A stretch of 64,000 nt of DNA, taken from NCBI RefSeq assembly GCF_009834535.1, contig NC_045696.1, positions 98,148,001 through 98,212,000 of the forward strand, written 5' to 3'. Positions within the stretch are counted from its first letter, which is position 1, and each line of letters opens with the position of its first letter. A program made the position numbers and the translations under genes. Origin of the DNA: Camelus ferus. Its lineage: Eukaryota. The notes below the pieces were generated by a model. The model worked only from the letters and a program-made list of their open reading frames with translations. It was not told the origin of the DNA and ran no database searches. Shown here one piece after another: positions 1-13,355 of this stretch.

Positions 1-1858
1 TAAGAATGTTATTTGTTAAAAAGACTGAAAATATATGCACCTAGAGATTATATACATATAAGATTTGTACAAGTGTACATAATACTATAAACATATTTAT
101 GTATATTTTGCTTTACATAATACAAAAACTGTTTTTGTACATAAAATTATTTATGTTTTAGAAAAAGTAATGAATTTAACTGATACTAAGATTTTAGGTT
201 TGAAAGACAAGAATTCAAAGCTGTAGTGAAGAAAGAGAAGGAATATTTTGGTGGAAAGAGATAGGGTTGGCTCTAAAATTATTCAAGAAATCTTTATTAA
301 GCCTTTAATATGCATAGTGCACATTCCTTGGCACTGTGGAGGGTGGGTGGTGCAGGTTGCAACGATGAAGATGCTAATTGTGTCTTTGGGAACTTACAGT
401 TGAGGAGAGAGAAGTCAAATATGCAAATCAAGAGACATGGCAGAATATAAAAGTACCATAGAAAAGGTATAATATTTTATGAAAATTTAAAGGGAGAAGG
501 AGATTATGCCTGGTGAGGAGGATGGCATTTCATGCTCAGTACTTGCTGAAATACCACCTTCATGATGGAGTATGTATTTGAGTATTTTTCCATTTGGAGA
601 TTGAAGAAAGGCATTCTGGCCAGTGAACTACAAGGACAGAAAAGCATGGAGGCATTTTTAGAGACCAGTGAGATCCAATTGGACTGGAACAAATGGAGCA
701 GTAAGAGTTTGTGGGCAAAGCTCAGAAAACCTGATAAGTCAGGAAAGATGTTTTGTTTGGGAAGCAGTTATAGCCATTTCAGTGCTGTACTTAGGACAGG
801 TTATCTGAACTGGAAAAAGTAGAGACGAGCTAGCAAGTATTTAGAAGTGAAAGCCTGAACAAGTGTAGATACACCACATTGGGAGTAGAATTGATTGGGC
901 TCTATGTAAAAAACTTTGGAATGGAACAGTTAGAAATTTGATGAAATGATTGAGGTTTCAATCTGGGTGACTGAAAAAAAAGCCCACAGATTATTAACAG
1001 AAACAGGAACTCATAATAGTGATGGGGAAAAGAAACGGTAAAGGAAGGAAGACAAAAGGATATATTCAGCATCAATGAGACATTCAGGAAAGAGCTTGGG
1101 AAAATGGATTTTGAAATTATTGGCATCATAGGTGAAATTGGCTTGCACACATCCAGGATCATTATGTCTTCTTGGTGGATTGATCCTTTTACCATTAATG
1201 TTCCTCTTTGTTTTTAGCAAATTTCTTTGTTCTGAAATTTACTCCATCTTGCATGGTGATTTAGAGTGTGCTAGACATTTCAGTAAATGTGGCCAGTTTC
1301 TAGCTGTATCAGCTTTCCATTTGACGTTAAGTAAATTGCTGTGATTTCAAAGAATTAAAGAATACGGGTATTTCATTTTGATAAATTTACTTAATGTGAA
1401 ATTTCTTATGATGATTAATAGTGGTAATTGAGAATATATGTAATTTGTGATTTTTCATAATTGTGTGATGTTTTTGAATGTAATACATTTTCCTTTATGA
1501 TACCATTTTTGTATCTTTGAAACCTTAAATTTGCAAACAAAACCTATATTAAGACAAAATAAATACATTGAAAGCTTTTTACTTGTAAGAATATATTATT
1601 GTACAACTTAATTTATTGAACATACTACTTAGCTTTTTGTTTATCTCCATCTGTACCCTCTAAAATATGTGTATATATTTATAAAATATAATAATAATCA
1701 CTTGCTAAATGCCAGGCACCCTTCTCAGTGCTCTATGTATGCTAACTCATTTCACTAATTCCTGTCACAGTCTTATGATTTAAGTACCAATTGCTGTTTT
1801 ACAGGAGAGAAATTTTCTCACAGAGAGATGAAACAATTTACTCAGACACATAGCTAGA

Positions 1859-2009
1859 TGTATAAAATAGATAATGAGGATATACTATATAGCACAGGGA
1901 ATTATAGCCATTATCTTATAATAACCTATAATGGAGTAAAATCTCTAAAAATATTGAATCACTATGCTGTACACCTGTAAGCTAATACACTTCAGTTTTA
2001 AAAAAAGGG
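1859..2009 (+). mobile_element. Short L1 3' end inserted into a MIR
   Basis: ACTATATAGCACAGGGAA...GAATCACTATGCTGTACACCTG plus A-tail; 12 bp TSD CACATAGCTAGA at 1847-1858 and 2010-2021; MIR-like flanks about 1700-2097. Confidence 0.8.
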
Positions 2010-3036
2010 CACATAGCTAGAAGTGGTTGAGTCAGGGATCAAATCCAGGCTGCCTATCTTCGGAGTTTGTGCTGCTAATCATTGTACTGTACTGCCTACC
2101 ATATGTGAATCTATAGTCCTCTCAGTAAAAAGTTTTCATTGAGTTTTACAAGATAATTTTTTTGTTGACATCTTCTTAAAATATTAAAAATAGGAAAAAA
2201 TCTGCCACTCTTTTCAAGGCACATTAAGTGCAGGGAACTCACTGTAATACAGTCAAAATAAGTCAAAATAAAACTGAACTGATTAGCAATCTGGTTTCAT
2301 CCCAAAGAAATCCACATCAAGTGACACTGGTGACTTAACTTGTGTGTTTTTTTAAAAAAGTGTTATTGCTATGCATTAAACATAGTAACCTGCACTTTTA
2401 TATCAACACTAAACGAAAATTCTATTTAAAGCAAGAACAGGAGCTAGAGATATATGGGCATAAACTGAAATATTCTCTTTGCACTTTTGCTGCCCTTAGT
2501 ATAATCTAAACTTGAACGTCTTTTAGTGGATACATATTGGGTGTTGTGAGCTACAAATTCAAGGGCTTGATTTTCTCCTTTTCAAAACCACTGTAGAGTG
2601 GTACAGAGTATAGAAAACAGTACGGAGTTGACAAGGGAGAGCAGAGCTAGCAGTTCTGATACGTGGGGAAGGCAACAAGAAAGCACATTAAAATTAACTT
2701 TTTAATTCATGATGTGACGCATATATGGATGACATTACTGATGTAAGCTCCCTGGTCCCTATCAGTTCAGTGAGCTAGTCTTGCTAACTAGATACTATGT
2801 TCAGTTATTTCTAAGATGGTAAAGGATTGGATATGCTGCCAATATGCAAATATAAGCATTTCACAATCTTTTAATATCAATTTTTGCTCCATCTTAATAT
2901 TGCTGCTTTGTGGCAAAGTAGTTGGTATACAGTTTGTGGCCAGAAATGCTGATGTTTGTTCCTGCTCTGCCCCAAAGTGATAAAATCTTTCTGTGTCTCA
3001 ACTGTACAGTCTATAAATGAGGGATTTAGCTCAGAT

Positions 3037-3212
3037 CAGTGGTTCTCATGCCTGGTTTCATCTTAGAATCACTTTGACTACTTTAAAAAAATTCAAGTGC
3101 CTGGGCCCCCACAGACTAATGAAACCTGAAACTCTTGGGTTGGGACCTGATTGTGTGCATATTTTAAAAGCCCTTCAGATGATGCTAATGGGAAGTCAGG
3201 CTTAAGAACTAT
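3037..3212. mobile_element. MER5-like hAT DNA transposon remnant
   Basis: CAGTGGTTCTCA...TTAGAATCAC...GGGCCCCAC...AAGAACTATG termini typical of MER5A; boundaries approximate. Confidence 0.6.
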
Positions 3213-3994
3213 GAACTAGATCATCTCCTAGGAAACTCTCTGGTTCATATTTTATGGTTTTAACTTACTTGCTTATTACATTCAAATTGCAAACATACTT
3301 ATATTTTCTGGAGGTCAGAGATCTCTCCACAATTTGGGTTTTAAAAATGCTCCCCCAGTCATTTTCTTTTGTCTCCATTAAATCAAAGAGATAAAAATAT
3401 TGGTAAGTGCTCGATGGTTTCCCCAAATCCTGGAGCTTGTTAAGTGACACTTAGGATATTGGAATGACTAAACTTTAATCGTGAGGTGCTCCTATTTTTT
3501 TCTGTTCTTACCAAGTCAACCGCTTTGCTACCCTCTGCCTCTCATGAATGTTTGATTAACATTTAATCAGCTTTATTAAAGCAGTCACTCCTAAAATTTT
3601 TGAACATCTATCAAGCTGCTGCAGGCCCATATGGAAGAGGCAATTCTAAATCTGAATTGCTTGAAAAAAATCTTTTAATATAATATAGTAAAGAAGTTTA
3701 AAATACGACTACACAGTTATGCAGAATACTAATTCCTCTTCTCCTGTCCTCCCATTGTGAAAGTGACCCATGATAGCATGGAGCTGTGTCATCTTTGCTT
3801 GTCTGTTCCTCCCAGTTACAGTGTAGCCCTTTGAGAGCCGTTATTGTGTCTTTACTCTTCTCCCCTGTCTCTCAAAGCTCCAAGTGCTGGACTATTTATT
3901 AGGTAGGTGCTCCATAAATTCCTGCTCATTAAATGACTATGATGCAGTGCAAATGCGTAGCTCTACTATGCACATAATTTGCATTATATGCAAA

Positions 3995-4048
3995 TATATA
4001 TCATATATATAGTTATACATATATATATATATATATAGTCATACATAT

Positions 4049-4127
<79 letters not shown>
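3995..4127. repeat. (TA)n microsatellite, long and partly interrupted
   Basis: Direct reading. Confidence 0.97.
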
Positions 4128-4130
<3 letters not shown>

Positions 4131-6109
4131 TGTGAGAGTAATAATCCTTTGATGCCCTAGCTACCATTGCAAAGCTTGTTCCTGTTTGGAGCCCTTTGTT
4201 CTTTGCTACCAAGTATATCTGTGTGTTTTTCCTGCTTATGGTATAGAAGTTGCTCATACATCATATTGGGGTGCCTTATCTGGCCCTGCTATTTCTCAGT
4301 ATCCACTAAGTAGGGTGCCATTTTAAACTAGTGTTCTGGTCTATCCTCTGTTTTTTTTACTTTGCTCGTGTTTTTTTTTTGGTCCACTCCTGTAGCTGGG
4401 TATATCATCTTTTTTGAAATCGTGTCACCCACTTGTATGTGTAATGAATCTCTGGCATGGCTATGTTGCAGCAAGATCTATTTGGATGCTGGAGATTAGC
4501 TGTGTCACTGTACTTTCTCTTCAGCCCTTTAAAGCACACAACCGGTTGACAGGTGATTGCTGTTAAAGTTCTCTGGGAATGGGACTTGTCTGGTTTTTTA
4601 AGTCATTTTTCCAATTCCGCCATGGGACCTCCAATAAATGGGCTCCGGAAGTTGTTTGTGATGAGTAAAGCTTTTTCAAATTCCATAGCAATTGTTGAGG
4701 GTGTAGACTTTTAGTTACAGTTTATACTTTCAGATTGGATTAGGGAAGTGGTTTATAAGGTTTGGCCAAGTAGAGTTACTGCAAGAAATCCACAGATTCA
4801 TGTGCGCATATTTATTTTTTCAAACCACACATTCTAAAAGTATAATGGAAAATAATCATGTGTGTTTTGTGGTGGTGAATTGTGCATGAAATGTTTAATA
4901 GTTAAACAGCAGTCTTCGTGCCAAAATTGTTGGATATTGTGGCTCTAGAGAGTGATACCAGCTAAGTCAGTCTAATTCTATTGTGGCTTTAATCCACATT
5001 CACTCCTTTTGAACGAGTTAGAACACTATTTTCACTGAGCAGGTTTATGGGAATTAATTCTGCTATTCTTCCCTGACCTGTACTAGACAGTGTACGGTCT
5101 GAGAGGAGATCTGAAGTGTTATCCTTGCTTTTGAGGAATTAAATTTTGTTAGGAAGTTGATGTTTCATAAGCAGTTTCATTGGAATTTTCTGTAAAGTCT
5201 GGGCCTGAGAACTGAAGCTTGGAAATGGTTTGGAGAAAAGATGATTTTTACTGAAGTATTTCCAAACTAAATTCAGTGAGATCTGAGCAGAAATGATCCC
5301 ATTTCCCAGGGTCTGCATTAATGGTCTTTGGTGAAAACCAAATGAACTTCTTTGTATTAATTGCAAATAGAAAGGCCTGGTTATTTCAGCCACAAAAACC
5401 AAACAGGAAAGCAGTATGCACAGTGGCAAAGATCGTGGACTTTGGGTTTGTTAAAACCTGGGATTGAATCCCAGTTAAGCTAGTAACAAGTGCTGCCCAC
5501 CTCATAAAGTGTGGTGAGGATTAACTGAGGTTGTGAAAATCAAGCTAAGCACAGGGTCTGACTTGTAAGGAATCTTAGTCAATAGCTGAAAATGCAAAGA
5601 CAGTTTAAAAACAGTGAAGAATAAGAAATGGTGCTGAGACACTAAAGCAAAAGAACCCAAACTAGAACCTTGTGACCTCCTTTCTTAATCCACCATGTAG
5701 ATTTCAGCTGAACCCAACAGGAAAGGGCTGAAGAGAGTGACAGGAGACTGGTTTTACACGATCAAAGTGGCTGAAACTGTTGGCCTGCCCATTTTCCCAC
5801 CAGGAGCTAAGGAAAAGACTGCGTTGCAGTGGGAATGAAGCCAAGGGAGAAGGAGTCCATTTAAAGTTAATGGTTAAAAATAATATATTGACTCTGCCGC
5901 AACTAATTCTTGTTAGTTCCTGCGAGGATAAAATGTTAGTGGTGGTGGTGAAAACAGGCAGGTGGAAGAATTAAACTGTAAATCTGTCTTGGTATAATTA
6001 CTTCCATTGACCTTGTAACCCTGTAAAAGTTCAATATAATTTGTTTCTAGAAAAATCTTATCCTCCCAAAAGGGTGGAACCTCTCCCCTAGATTCATACA
6101 ATCTCTTGT

Positions 6110-6212
6110 TTGTTTATTTATTTATATTGAGTTGTAGTTAGTTTACAATGTTGTGTCAGTTTCTGGTGTACAGAACAATTTTTCAATCATACATGAATAT
6201 ACGTGTATTCAT
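6110..6212 (-). mobile_element. Very short L1 3' tail fragment
   Basis: (TTTA)n tail plus GTTTACAATGTTGTGTCAGTTTCTGGTGTACAG, similar to 8455-8490. Confidence 0.7.
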
Positions 6213-6344
6213 CCTGTTAAAACTGAAGTTTAAATTAGCAATTCTGGATGTTCTAATCCTAATTTTACAAATTCTGTAATTTTCTTAAATATCTATAAAA
6301 AAGAATTAGGGAAAATGACATAGCAAATGATAGGAGAAACTTAC

Positions 6345-6429
6345 AAATTGTTGATGCTGTTGGGCCAGAGGTGTAGTTTGTTTCATATAGAGTTGATAGC
6401 ACATTGATGCCAATCTTTGCAGCTTTGGC
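6345..6429 (-). CDS. CPA3: CPA3 exon 10
   Basis: 85 nt, AKAAKIGINVLSTLYETNYTSGPTASTI; CAG acceptor, GTAAGT donor. Confidence 0.92.
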
Positions 6430-8151
6430 CTGGAGAGAAATAGAAGTTAGAGTGGAGTAACAGGGTACTATGTAATGCCCTTAAATTACTGGGGATTAAA
6501 AAAGGCAGCTTACTGGTTATTTGTCATTTGAAGATCAAAATAAAATAAACAATTAAATGAGAAATTTATTTTCAGTAAGAGATACCTATTGTTATTGTAA
6601 AGCCCTCTAAATGTGAAATCAATTGTATACAGTAATGTCCTATCTCATTTTGTGTTTCTGCCCTTTATTTACACTCTCTCCTCTTTCCCTCCTTTTCTTC
6701 CTTTTTGTCTTCTGACTTTCCTTCTCAAAAAACATATTCTTCCTCTCACATTTTTTGGCTTCAGATATTTTTCTCTTCCATGCCTCTCCTTCGTTGGTTG
6801 TCATAGGTTCCACACTGCCACAGGTCTTTCTCCACATAGGATTTTAGAAGAAATGCAGAGGGAAGAAAATTTTTTGACTCCTCTTTAAAGTCGTTCTGTT
6901 AAATTAGAGTTTCTCTTCTAGAGTGGAATCTCATCACCTTTAATACACATTAGTGTTCTGTGCTGTGAGAATGATTATTTGAATTCGTTTCAATGGAGTA
7001 TAGTAACTAACATATTTATACTCTAAGTGAAGATTTCTTTTTGTCTATATGTATTATGTATATAACCAAAAAAAAGTTATTTTCTTAATCAATTTAGCTG
7101 TTGTGTAAGGACACTTACTTTACTCAGAGTTGTTTGTTTTGTATATTTGAATTTTTTAATCCGTAATACCATTTTCCTAGTGATAGATTGAAATTGCATT
7201 GCTGTACCTTTGCATATACTAATCAGATTCATGGGTTCAGATTCTTAACTAGATTAATTAAATAAATGACTTTATAGGCCACATATTACTTGTGTTTTTC
7301 TTTGTTGTATACACAGAAGATTTTAATGACTGAATCAAATCTCTGCTCAAACTTAAAATTGAATGCTGGAAACAGTTGACTGAAGTCAAAATGATAATTG
7401 TGACCTCTTAAAAGATTAGAAAAAAGTCTGTGAGGCAGTATTTGAATTACAGCTGTCCCTGCATGTTATATTTGCCAGCCTCCATGGGATCTGGGGCACT
7501 GAACATTATCTGCTTTATTTCTTCTACAGCAATTACAAATATTTATCCGCCATATGCAGACTTTTTTTTTTTTTAAAGCTAACTTGATCAAATTGTTTTC
7601 ATAGAAAGGAAAAGGATGCTTAGTGGATCGTAGTTTTATAAAGAGTGTACTTTTAGTGCAGAAGCTTCACATTCATGATATCTTTCGTTGGTTAGTAAAA
7701 GAATTAATATAATTTCCAAGTTCATCAGGAGGAGAAAAATACAATGGATCTCCTTAAATCTGGTGTTTCGGGGGTAGAATAGCAGATGTCTTTGCTGTTG
7801 TCTTTGGCTTTTGCGGTGTATGGTTTTATGCTATGATCCATGTTAACTGTTTAACTGCAGAACCATCTGGATAGTAATGGAATTCTACTCTGGATAGCCT
7901 AGACATTTCTTCCTACTGGCTTTATCTTAGAATCACATCAATAAAGGAATATACACCTTATTATCCATATACTTTTATCACATGAAAAATTAATCTAAGG
8001 TTATGATTTTAACTCTAAGGTAAACTTCATTAGTTCTCTTCTTTAGTTTTAAAAAGTGAAATTCTTTCAAGATAACCCAAGTTGTTAATGACAAACAGAC
8101 TGAAATCAGTAATAGTGTCAATGCATAAACCACAGGCTTTTTCCTACATAC

Positions 8152-8354
8152 CAGGTCCTCGTAGTTAGGTGGCAGTTCTGATGTATATCCGTAGGGAAAC
8201 AATAGCATCTGGGAGTAAGAATGGAAGGTGATGTAGGCCTTGATTGATTTTAGGTGGCTTTGAATGAAGTTGGTGACAGCTTTGGTCTCTTTCTCGGACT
8301 CTGGTGCGGGGCCCCGATAGGTCTCCTCACATGGGTCTTTGGTGTAAGGGAAAG
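8152..8354 (-). CDS. CPA3: CPA3 exon 9 (third zinc ligand, HSYSQ)
   Basis: 203 nt, [67 protein letters not shown]; contained in ORF 7990..8367. Confidence 0.95.
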
Positions 8355-8419
8355 CTGCAGAGGACATGGATGGATGAGATCACAATCTGCCCCCCATCAG
8401 TACAGCCCCCTACCTCCAT

Positions 8420-8933
8420 TTTTTGTATATATATATTTTTATTGAAGTATACTCAGTTTACAATGTTGTGTCAATTTCTGGTATACGGTATAATGCTTCA
8501 GTCATATATGAACATACATATTCGTTTTCATATTCTTTTTCACCATAAGTTACAATACGATATTGAATGTATAGTTCCTTGTGCTAAATAGTATGAACTT
8601 GTTGTTTATCTAATTTATATATAGTAGTTAGTATCTGCAAGTCTTGAACTCCCAATTTATCCCTTCCCATCCCCTTCCCCACCTGGTAACCATAAGTTTG
8701 TTTTCTATGTCTGTGAGTCTGTTTTTGTTTTATAAATAAGTTCATGTCTTTTTTTTTTTAGATTCCACGTATGAGTGAGCTCATACAGTATTTTGCTTTC
8801 TCTTTCTGGCTTATTTCACTTAGAATGACAATCTCCAGGTCCATCCATGTTGCTGCAAATGGCATTGTTTTATTATTTTTTATGGCAGAGTAGTATTCCA
8901 TTGTATAAATATACCACAGCTTCTTTATCCAGT
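8420..8933 (-). mobile_element. L1 3' end fragment in CPA3 intron 8
   Basis: ORF2 C-terminus DWIKKLWYIYTMEYYSAIKNN...FAATWMDLEIVILSEISQKEK, L1 3'UTR and A-rich tail; candidate TSD CTACCTC 8410-8416 / 8934-8940. Confidence 0.9.
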
Positions 8934-9884
8934 CTACCTCTTTTGACATAGATGCACAAAATATTTATAACATTTTAGTCTCCCAGGTTTACAGGGCTGC
9001 CTCTATGTCCCTGGTGTCACAGTCACTGCGGACTAACTTTGTACACATAACTCAAAGTATAACAGACTTAGCCCACTTGAATATTCTTATTCTTAGCCTT
9101 GTTTATTTTCCCTCCATTTCCCAGGGTCACAGGAATAATACATCAGAAGCAGCCCAGGGACTGGAGCCAGTTCCAACTCAACCCCAGCTCGAACTTGCTG
9201 GATTTGGTATAAATTACCTGCTTTGAACATGGGTTTCTTCAATCTGTTTCAGTAGGCAGGTCTCACTTAGGGATATATGCAATTGTATTCATTATAGTAG
9301 AATAGAATTAGATGCTGAGATGGTATTTTCGACAACATTAGATAAAGAAGAAACTTATGAATTGGGGTAGTGGTGATTTCTCCTTGAATGTAAATAATGA
9401 TAAAGTCATATTTGTGTAGCAACTGCAGTATCATCTGATGTAGCAGGCCTCTCTTATCATTGCCATTTCCATTAAACCTTTTCACTTTCTTTCCCCCAGT
9501 TGTTTCTTTTCATTGAACATCTGAAGAACTACCTATATGTTGGTTCTAACCACTGGTATTTCTCAGATTTTATCAGATCAGAAAGAGGAGGGATCTGAGA
9601 CCTCTGTTCAGATTACCTGAATTTCTGGGTTGTGCCTGATTTTTAGCGAGCTAGATATATTAAGTAAGAGATGATTTGATAAACAGCCCTACCTCCACTT
9701 CCTCCTATTCAACCAAACATTCAAAATACTTCTATAGGAGTGATGATTGTCCTTCATTTTTTAGATTAGAAAATTAACACTTAGGCTATACCTATCTTCA
9801 CTGAAATAAGTAGGTGGTTTCACTAACTACAGTGTGTAAGCACTCTTTATAGCTGTTTCCCTTGGGCTCCAGTCTGCTACTCAC

Positions 9885-9975
9885 AGTTCCACGAGACGTT
9901 AAAGTTCCTGTTGAGGTCAGTTCCGACACAATTAGAGTTTTGGTTTTTGGAACGATTTTTCTTCCACATGCGGTT
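9885..9975 (-). CDS. CPA3: CPA3 exon 8
   Basis: 91 nt, NRMWKKNRSKNQNSNCVGTDLNRNFNVSWN; DLNRNF substrate-binding motif. Confidence 0.95.
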
Positions 9976-10921
9976 CTGCAGGATTGAATGATGAAAGTAT
10001 TTACACAGATCAGTTTGCGTTTTTCAATTTGGTCATTTCAGATTCTCTCTGCAGGTATCTACAGCTTTGTTTGAAATTTATCTAGTTAACCTGAGGCCCA
10101 TGATTATGAAGAAAAAGAATCTCTTTTTCCTACAACCTGTCATATTTTCAGAAACATTCTTTTTTGGGTGGGTTGTTTTTGTTTTTTTTCAGAAACATTG
10201 TTTTTAATATTAATATTCTAAGGCCTTCATAAAAAATTCAGTTAGCTTTAAAAACTTGATTAATTCTCAGTATTAGAAAATGATGAATGATGTTCTCAAA
10301 TTACCTGTAATTTGAATTTTAACTGCATTACATCTTTCGCCATTTACAGACTCAGGTATAATATGTGTCAGATTGTGACTGTTGGAGCATAATTTTCAGT
10401 AAAGAACTTTTTGTGATAGTGTCTGTCTCAAATCTCAAAGTTAATTGTATTTAGCAACAGCAGGACATAAAGGATTCTCTTAAAAGACAGACATATATGT
10501 GTCATCGTTAGTTACTTTTTGATGCAATTTTTCCATCCACAATTCTATCCCAAGTTGATGGAATACAATGACTGTTGTTATGAAGTCAATATATTTGTAA
10601 TGTCTCTAAACGACTTCTATTCTTAGCTAGAATATACTTTTGCCATATCGTATAACATACATCTCCTTTATAATTACTGTTTCATTTTATTTTTCCACAT
10701 TTCTAGCTTCAGCAGCAAAAATTTCATATTATTTCAAGGACTCTATGTAACCAGAAAATCATGCTTTCCTTAGTCAGAAATTGAAATTTTAAAATATATA
10801 TACTTTTCTGAATTAAATTAACTGCTTAACCAAACCTCAAACTTAATTCATAACAATCAGTGTGCATTAAACTCAGTAGATAATATTATCTAAATGCAAA
10901 TAAGAGATTACAGAGCAGTAC

Positions 10922-11032
10922 CTGTGTCCATGACCAAATATATCCATCAACATTGAACACGGGAAGAACATAAAAATTCATTCGGTCCAGGAGTTTGGTC
11001 ATAATTTTGTTTTTACCGCAAGTTTTGGTTGC
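10922..11032 (-). CDS. CPA3: CPA3 exon 7
   Basis: 111 nt, ATKTCGKNKIMTKLLDRMNFYVLPVFNVDGYIWSWTQ. Confidence 0.95.
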
Positions 11033-11164
11033 CTGTAGGGGTAGGAAAAGAATTAAGCTGTTGGTGTAAAGTTCAGCTACTGTGTGGAAAGCTGTAGTTA
11101 TAAGCTACTGTGGGGAGAATTCATGAATTAATTATAAGTAGGATTAAAGATAACCTGTAATAAA

Positions 11165-11178
11165 AAGAATATGAGGAA

Positions 11179-11242
<64 letters not shown>

Positions 11243-11332
11243 ATGATGGAATCACTATGCTGTACACCAGAAACTAATACAACATTATAAATCAACTATA
11301 TTTCAATGAAAAAATTTAAAAAATTAAAAAAT
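11165..11332 (+). mobile_element. L1 3' tail fragment containing (TA)30 at 11181-11240
   Basis: GAATCACTATGCTGTACACCAGAAACTAATACAACATT plus A-rich tail. Confidence 0.8.
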
Positions 11333-12225
11333 GAATAAGATTAAAGAAAAAATACCCTATTAAAAAATTAGATTATTTAGAATGACCAACTTTTTTCCTC
11401 ACATCGGATTGACATTTCTCTAATTATCAGGACTTTCTATGGCTACCTAAAATCTCTCATTATTCTTGGAAAATCTCTTCCACGTATATCTGTACTGGAG
11501 CCAAGATATTTCCTGTAGCCCTGTCTTGTGTGTGCCTTTATGGCCTGAGAAGGCAGAGCTCCAGGCCCTCAGCTGGAAGAACTCAAACAACTGCGGGGAT
11601 AAGTCAGTTCTGCTGGCAGAGTCATTCCTAGTGGAAGTATCCTTGCCCTGAAAGGGGCTGTGATGTTCCCGCAGCATGTTGTATACAAAAACTGGCAGAA
11701 AAGAAAGTTACAAGATAGTAGGAGTCAGAATACAATAGAAACAGAGCGAGAGAAACAACAAACTTATAAAATTGATTTACTTTTTTTTTTTAAAGTGAGT
11801 TATTTTTCTCTTGGAAAAGAATCTTAAGTATGAAAATTCCAAGTGTGTGTGTAGCCAATTCAACATCTAAACAGGAATTAAAGTTCTGTGCTTTGGACTC
11901 ATTGAAGAAAGGCCAAATTTGTAGGTTGTAATATATAGATAGTTTCAGATTTCCATTAATAACTAGAGGAAAAACCATATTGTAGGGAATTTTTTTCCTT
12001 AGTTTTATGAACTGTCAACTGGAGTTTAAGAAGTTAGAAGGAAGGTGTCAATTTTATAAAAACTTCAATGGTGAATAAAATCCAGAGCGTTTATTTCCTG
12101 ACAGCACCAAATGTGGGCTCTTCTAGTTAAGTGGAACTGTACTCATTTGTAAAGGGGTGTTGCCACTTGGAATAGTGCTGGAGCTTGACAATCAAAGAAG
12201 TGTGTGAATGTTCCGATTGACTTAC

Positions 12226-12327
12226 ATGATGGACAAACCACTGACAGAATGCTGGGGAGATCCATTCTCATGCGTGAATGCCACAATCCATAAAAATAGC
12301 TTTTCTTCTTTCATCCTTTTCCCCAAT
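12226..12327 (-). CDS. CPA3: CPA3 exon 6 (zinc-binding motif, interrupted by TGA)
   Basis: 102 nt, [36 protein letters not shown] acceptor, GTAAGT donor. Confidence 0.93.
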
Positions 12328-13355
12328 CTTTAAAAAAATAAATTCGATGTATTATTTTACATGAACTCATGCACTGATCCTTTGTTGTCCAATAACTCAT
12401 TCATAGTCTCAAAGCAATTCTTTCACCTGTCTCCTATTGCATGAGTAACTGTGTACGCACATATTCTCAGGGAGGACCATGGTGCATATCCTTAAAATAA
12501 ATAATTCATAATATATTTCATAATCTATTTTTCAAAAATTTTTCTTAGTGTCCGAGTTGCTTTTAGGGTTAAAAGTCACAATATTGTTTGTCTTATTTCA
12601 TTGCTAACATCCTTTGGTCTGAGAAATAGATTATAAAGTTGCTTGTTTCTGCCATTTCCTTTTGTTTTTCTTACTTTATAAACACGGTATTTAGTCTGGA
12701 GTGGAAAAGATTTTGTATTGGTGTTTGCAGCGAGGAGGAGAAATAGTGGCTGGATGTTTGAAGGGCTGTCATTCTGAAGAGAATTTAGATTTGTTTTGGG
12801 TGGTTGAAGAGAATGAATGGATGGGGATTCAGGATAAGGAAGGGCTTCTCAGTTATTAAGGGGATGCTTCAGGGAGCAATGTCTTTGGATGTACAAAAAT
12901 CCAGCAGTAGCTGAATGGCAATTGTTAGCTTGGTTATAGAAGGAAATTCCCTCTCAATACAGAGTTGAAATGCCTCACTCACTGTATGGGGATCCTATAG
13001 TTATATAATATTTAAATTTCTCTTTCTTCCTGACATTTAGTCATCAGTTTCACTGGATTTTAATAGATGGAAAGCTGTTTTATACACCAGGGACATCGTA
13101 AACTCTTCTAATAAAGATATGGGATGAGAAACTTGTCTGAGTTTGTCCACTGTGTCTGTCAAATGGCTTATTCAGGGGTTTTCTTGGTTCCACCTAAAAC
13201 CACGTGCTGCTTCTGTTCTTGAATGGATTTCTAGAGCTTATATATTCTTCAAAAGGTTAAGACTTTTTATTGTCTAAAAATTAGCTAGTTTTGTAACTTT
13301 TAAATTCATATTTTTCAACAATAGTAAGAATCAGTAGTTCTTGGATTCTTTTTAC

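Noticed and set aside
4039..4257. ORF ending in a YI repeat (and the SL-repeat ORFs at 57754-58000)
   Set aside because: Translations of (TA)n and (GA)n microsatellites.
1..6344. Absence of CPA3 exon 11 as a deletion
   Set aside because: The last CPA3 intron is long in other mammals (recalled), so exon 11 most likely lies left of position 1. Cannot be called missing.
12268..12273. TGA as a selenocysteine or programmed readthrough codon
   Set aside because: The homologous residue is Arg rather than Cys, the context TGA-G is not the leaky TGA-C(TAG) type, and CpG decay from CGA is the simpler explanation. The 3'UTR is outside the window, so no SECIS can be assessed.
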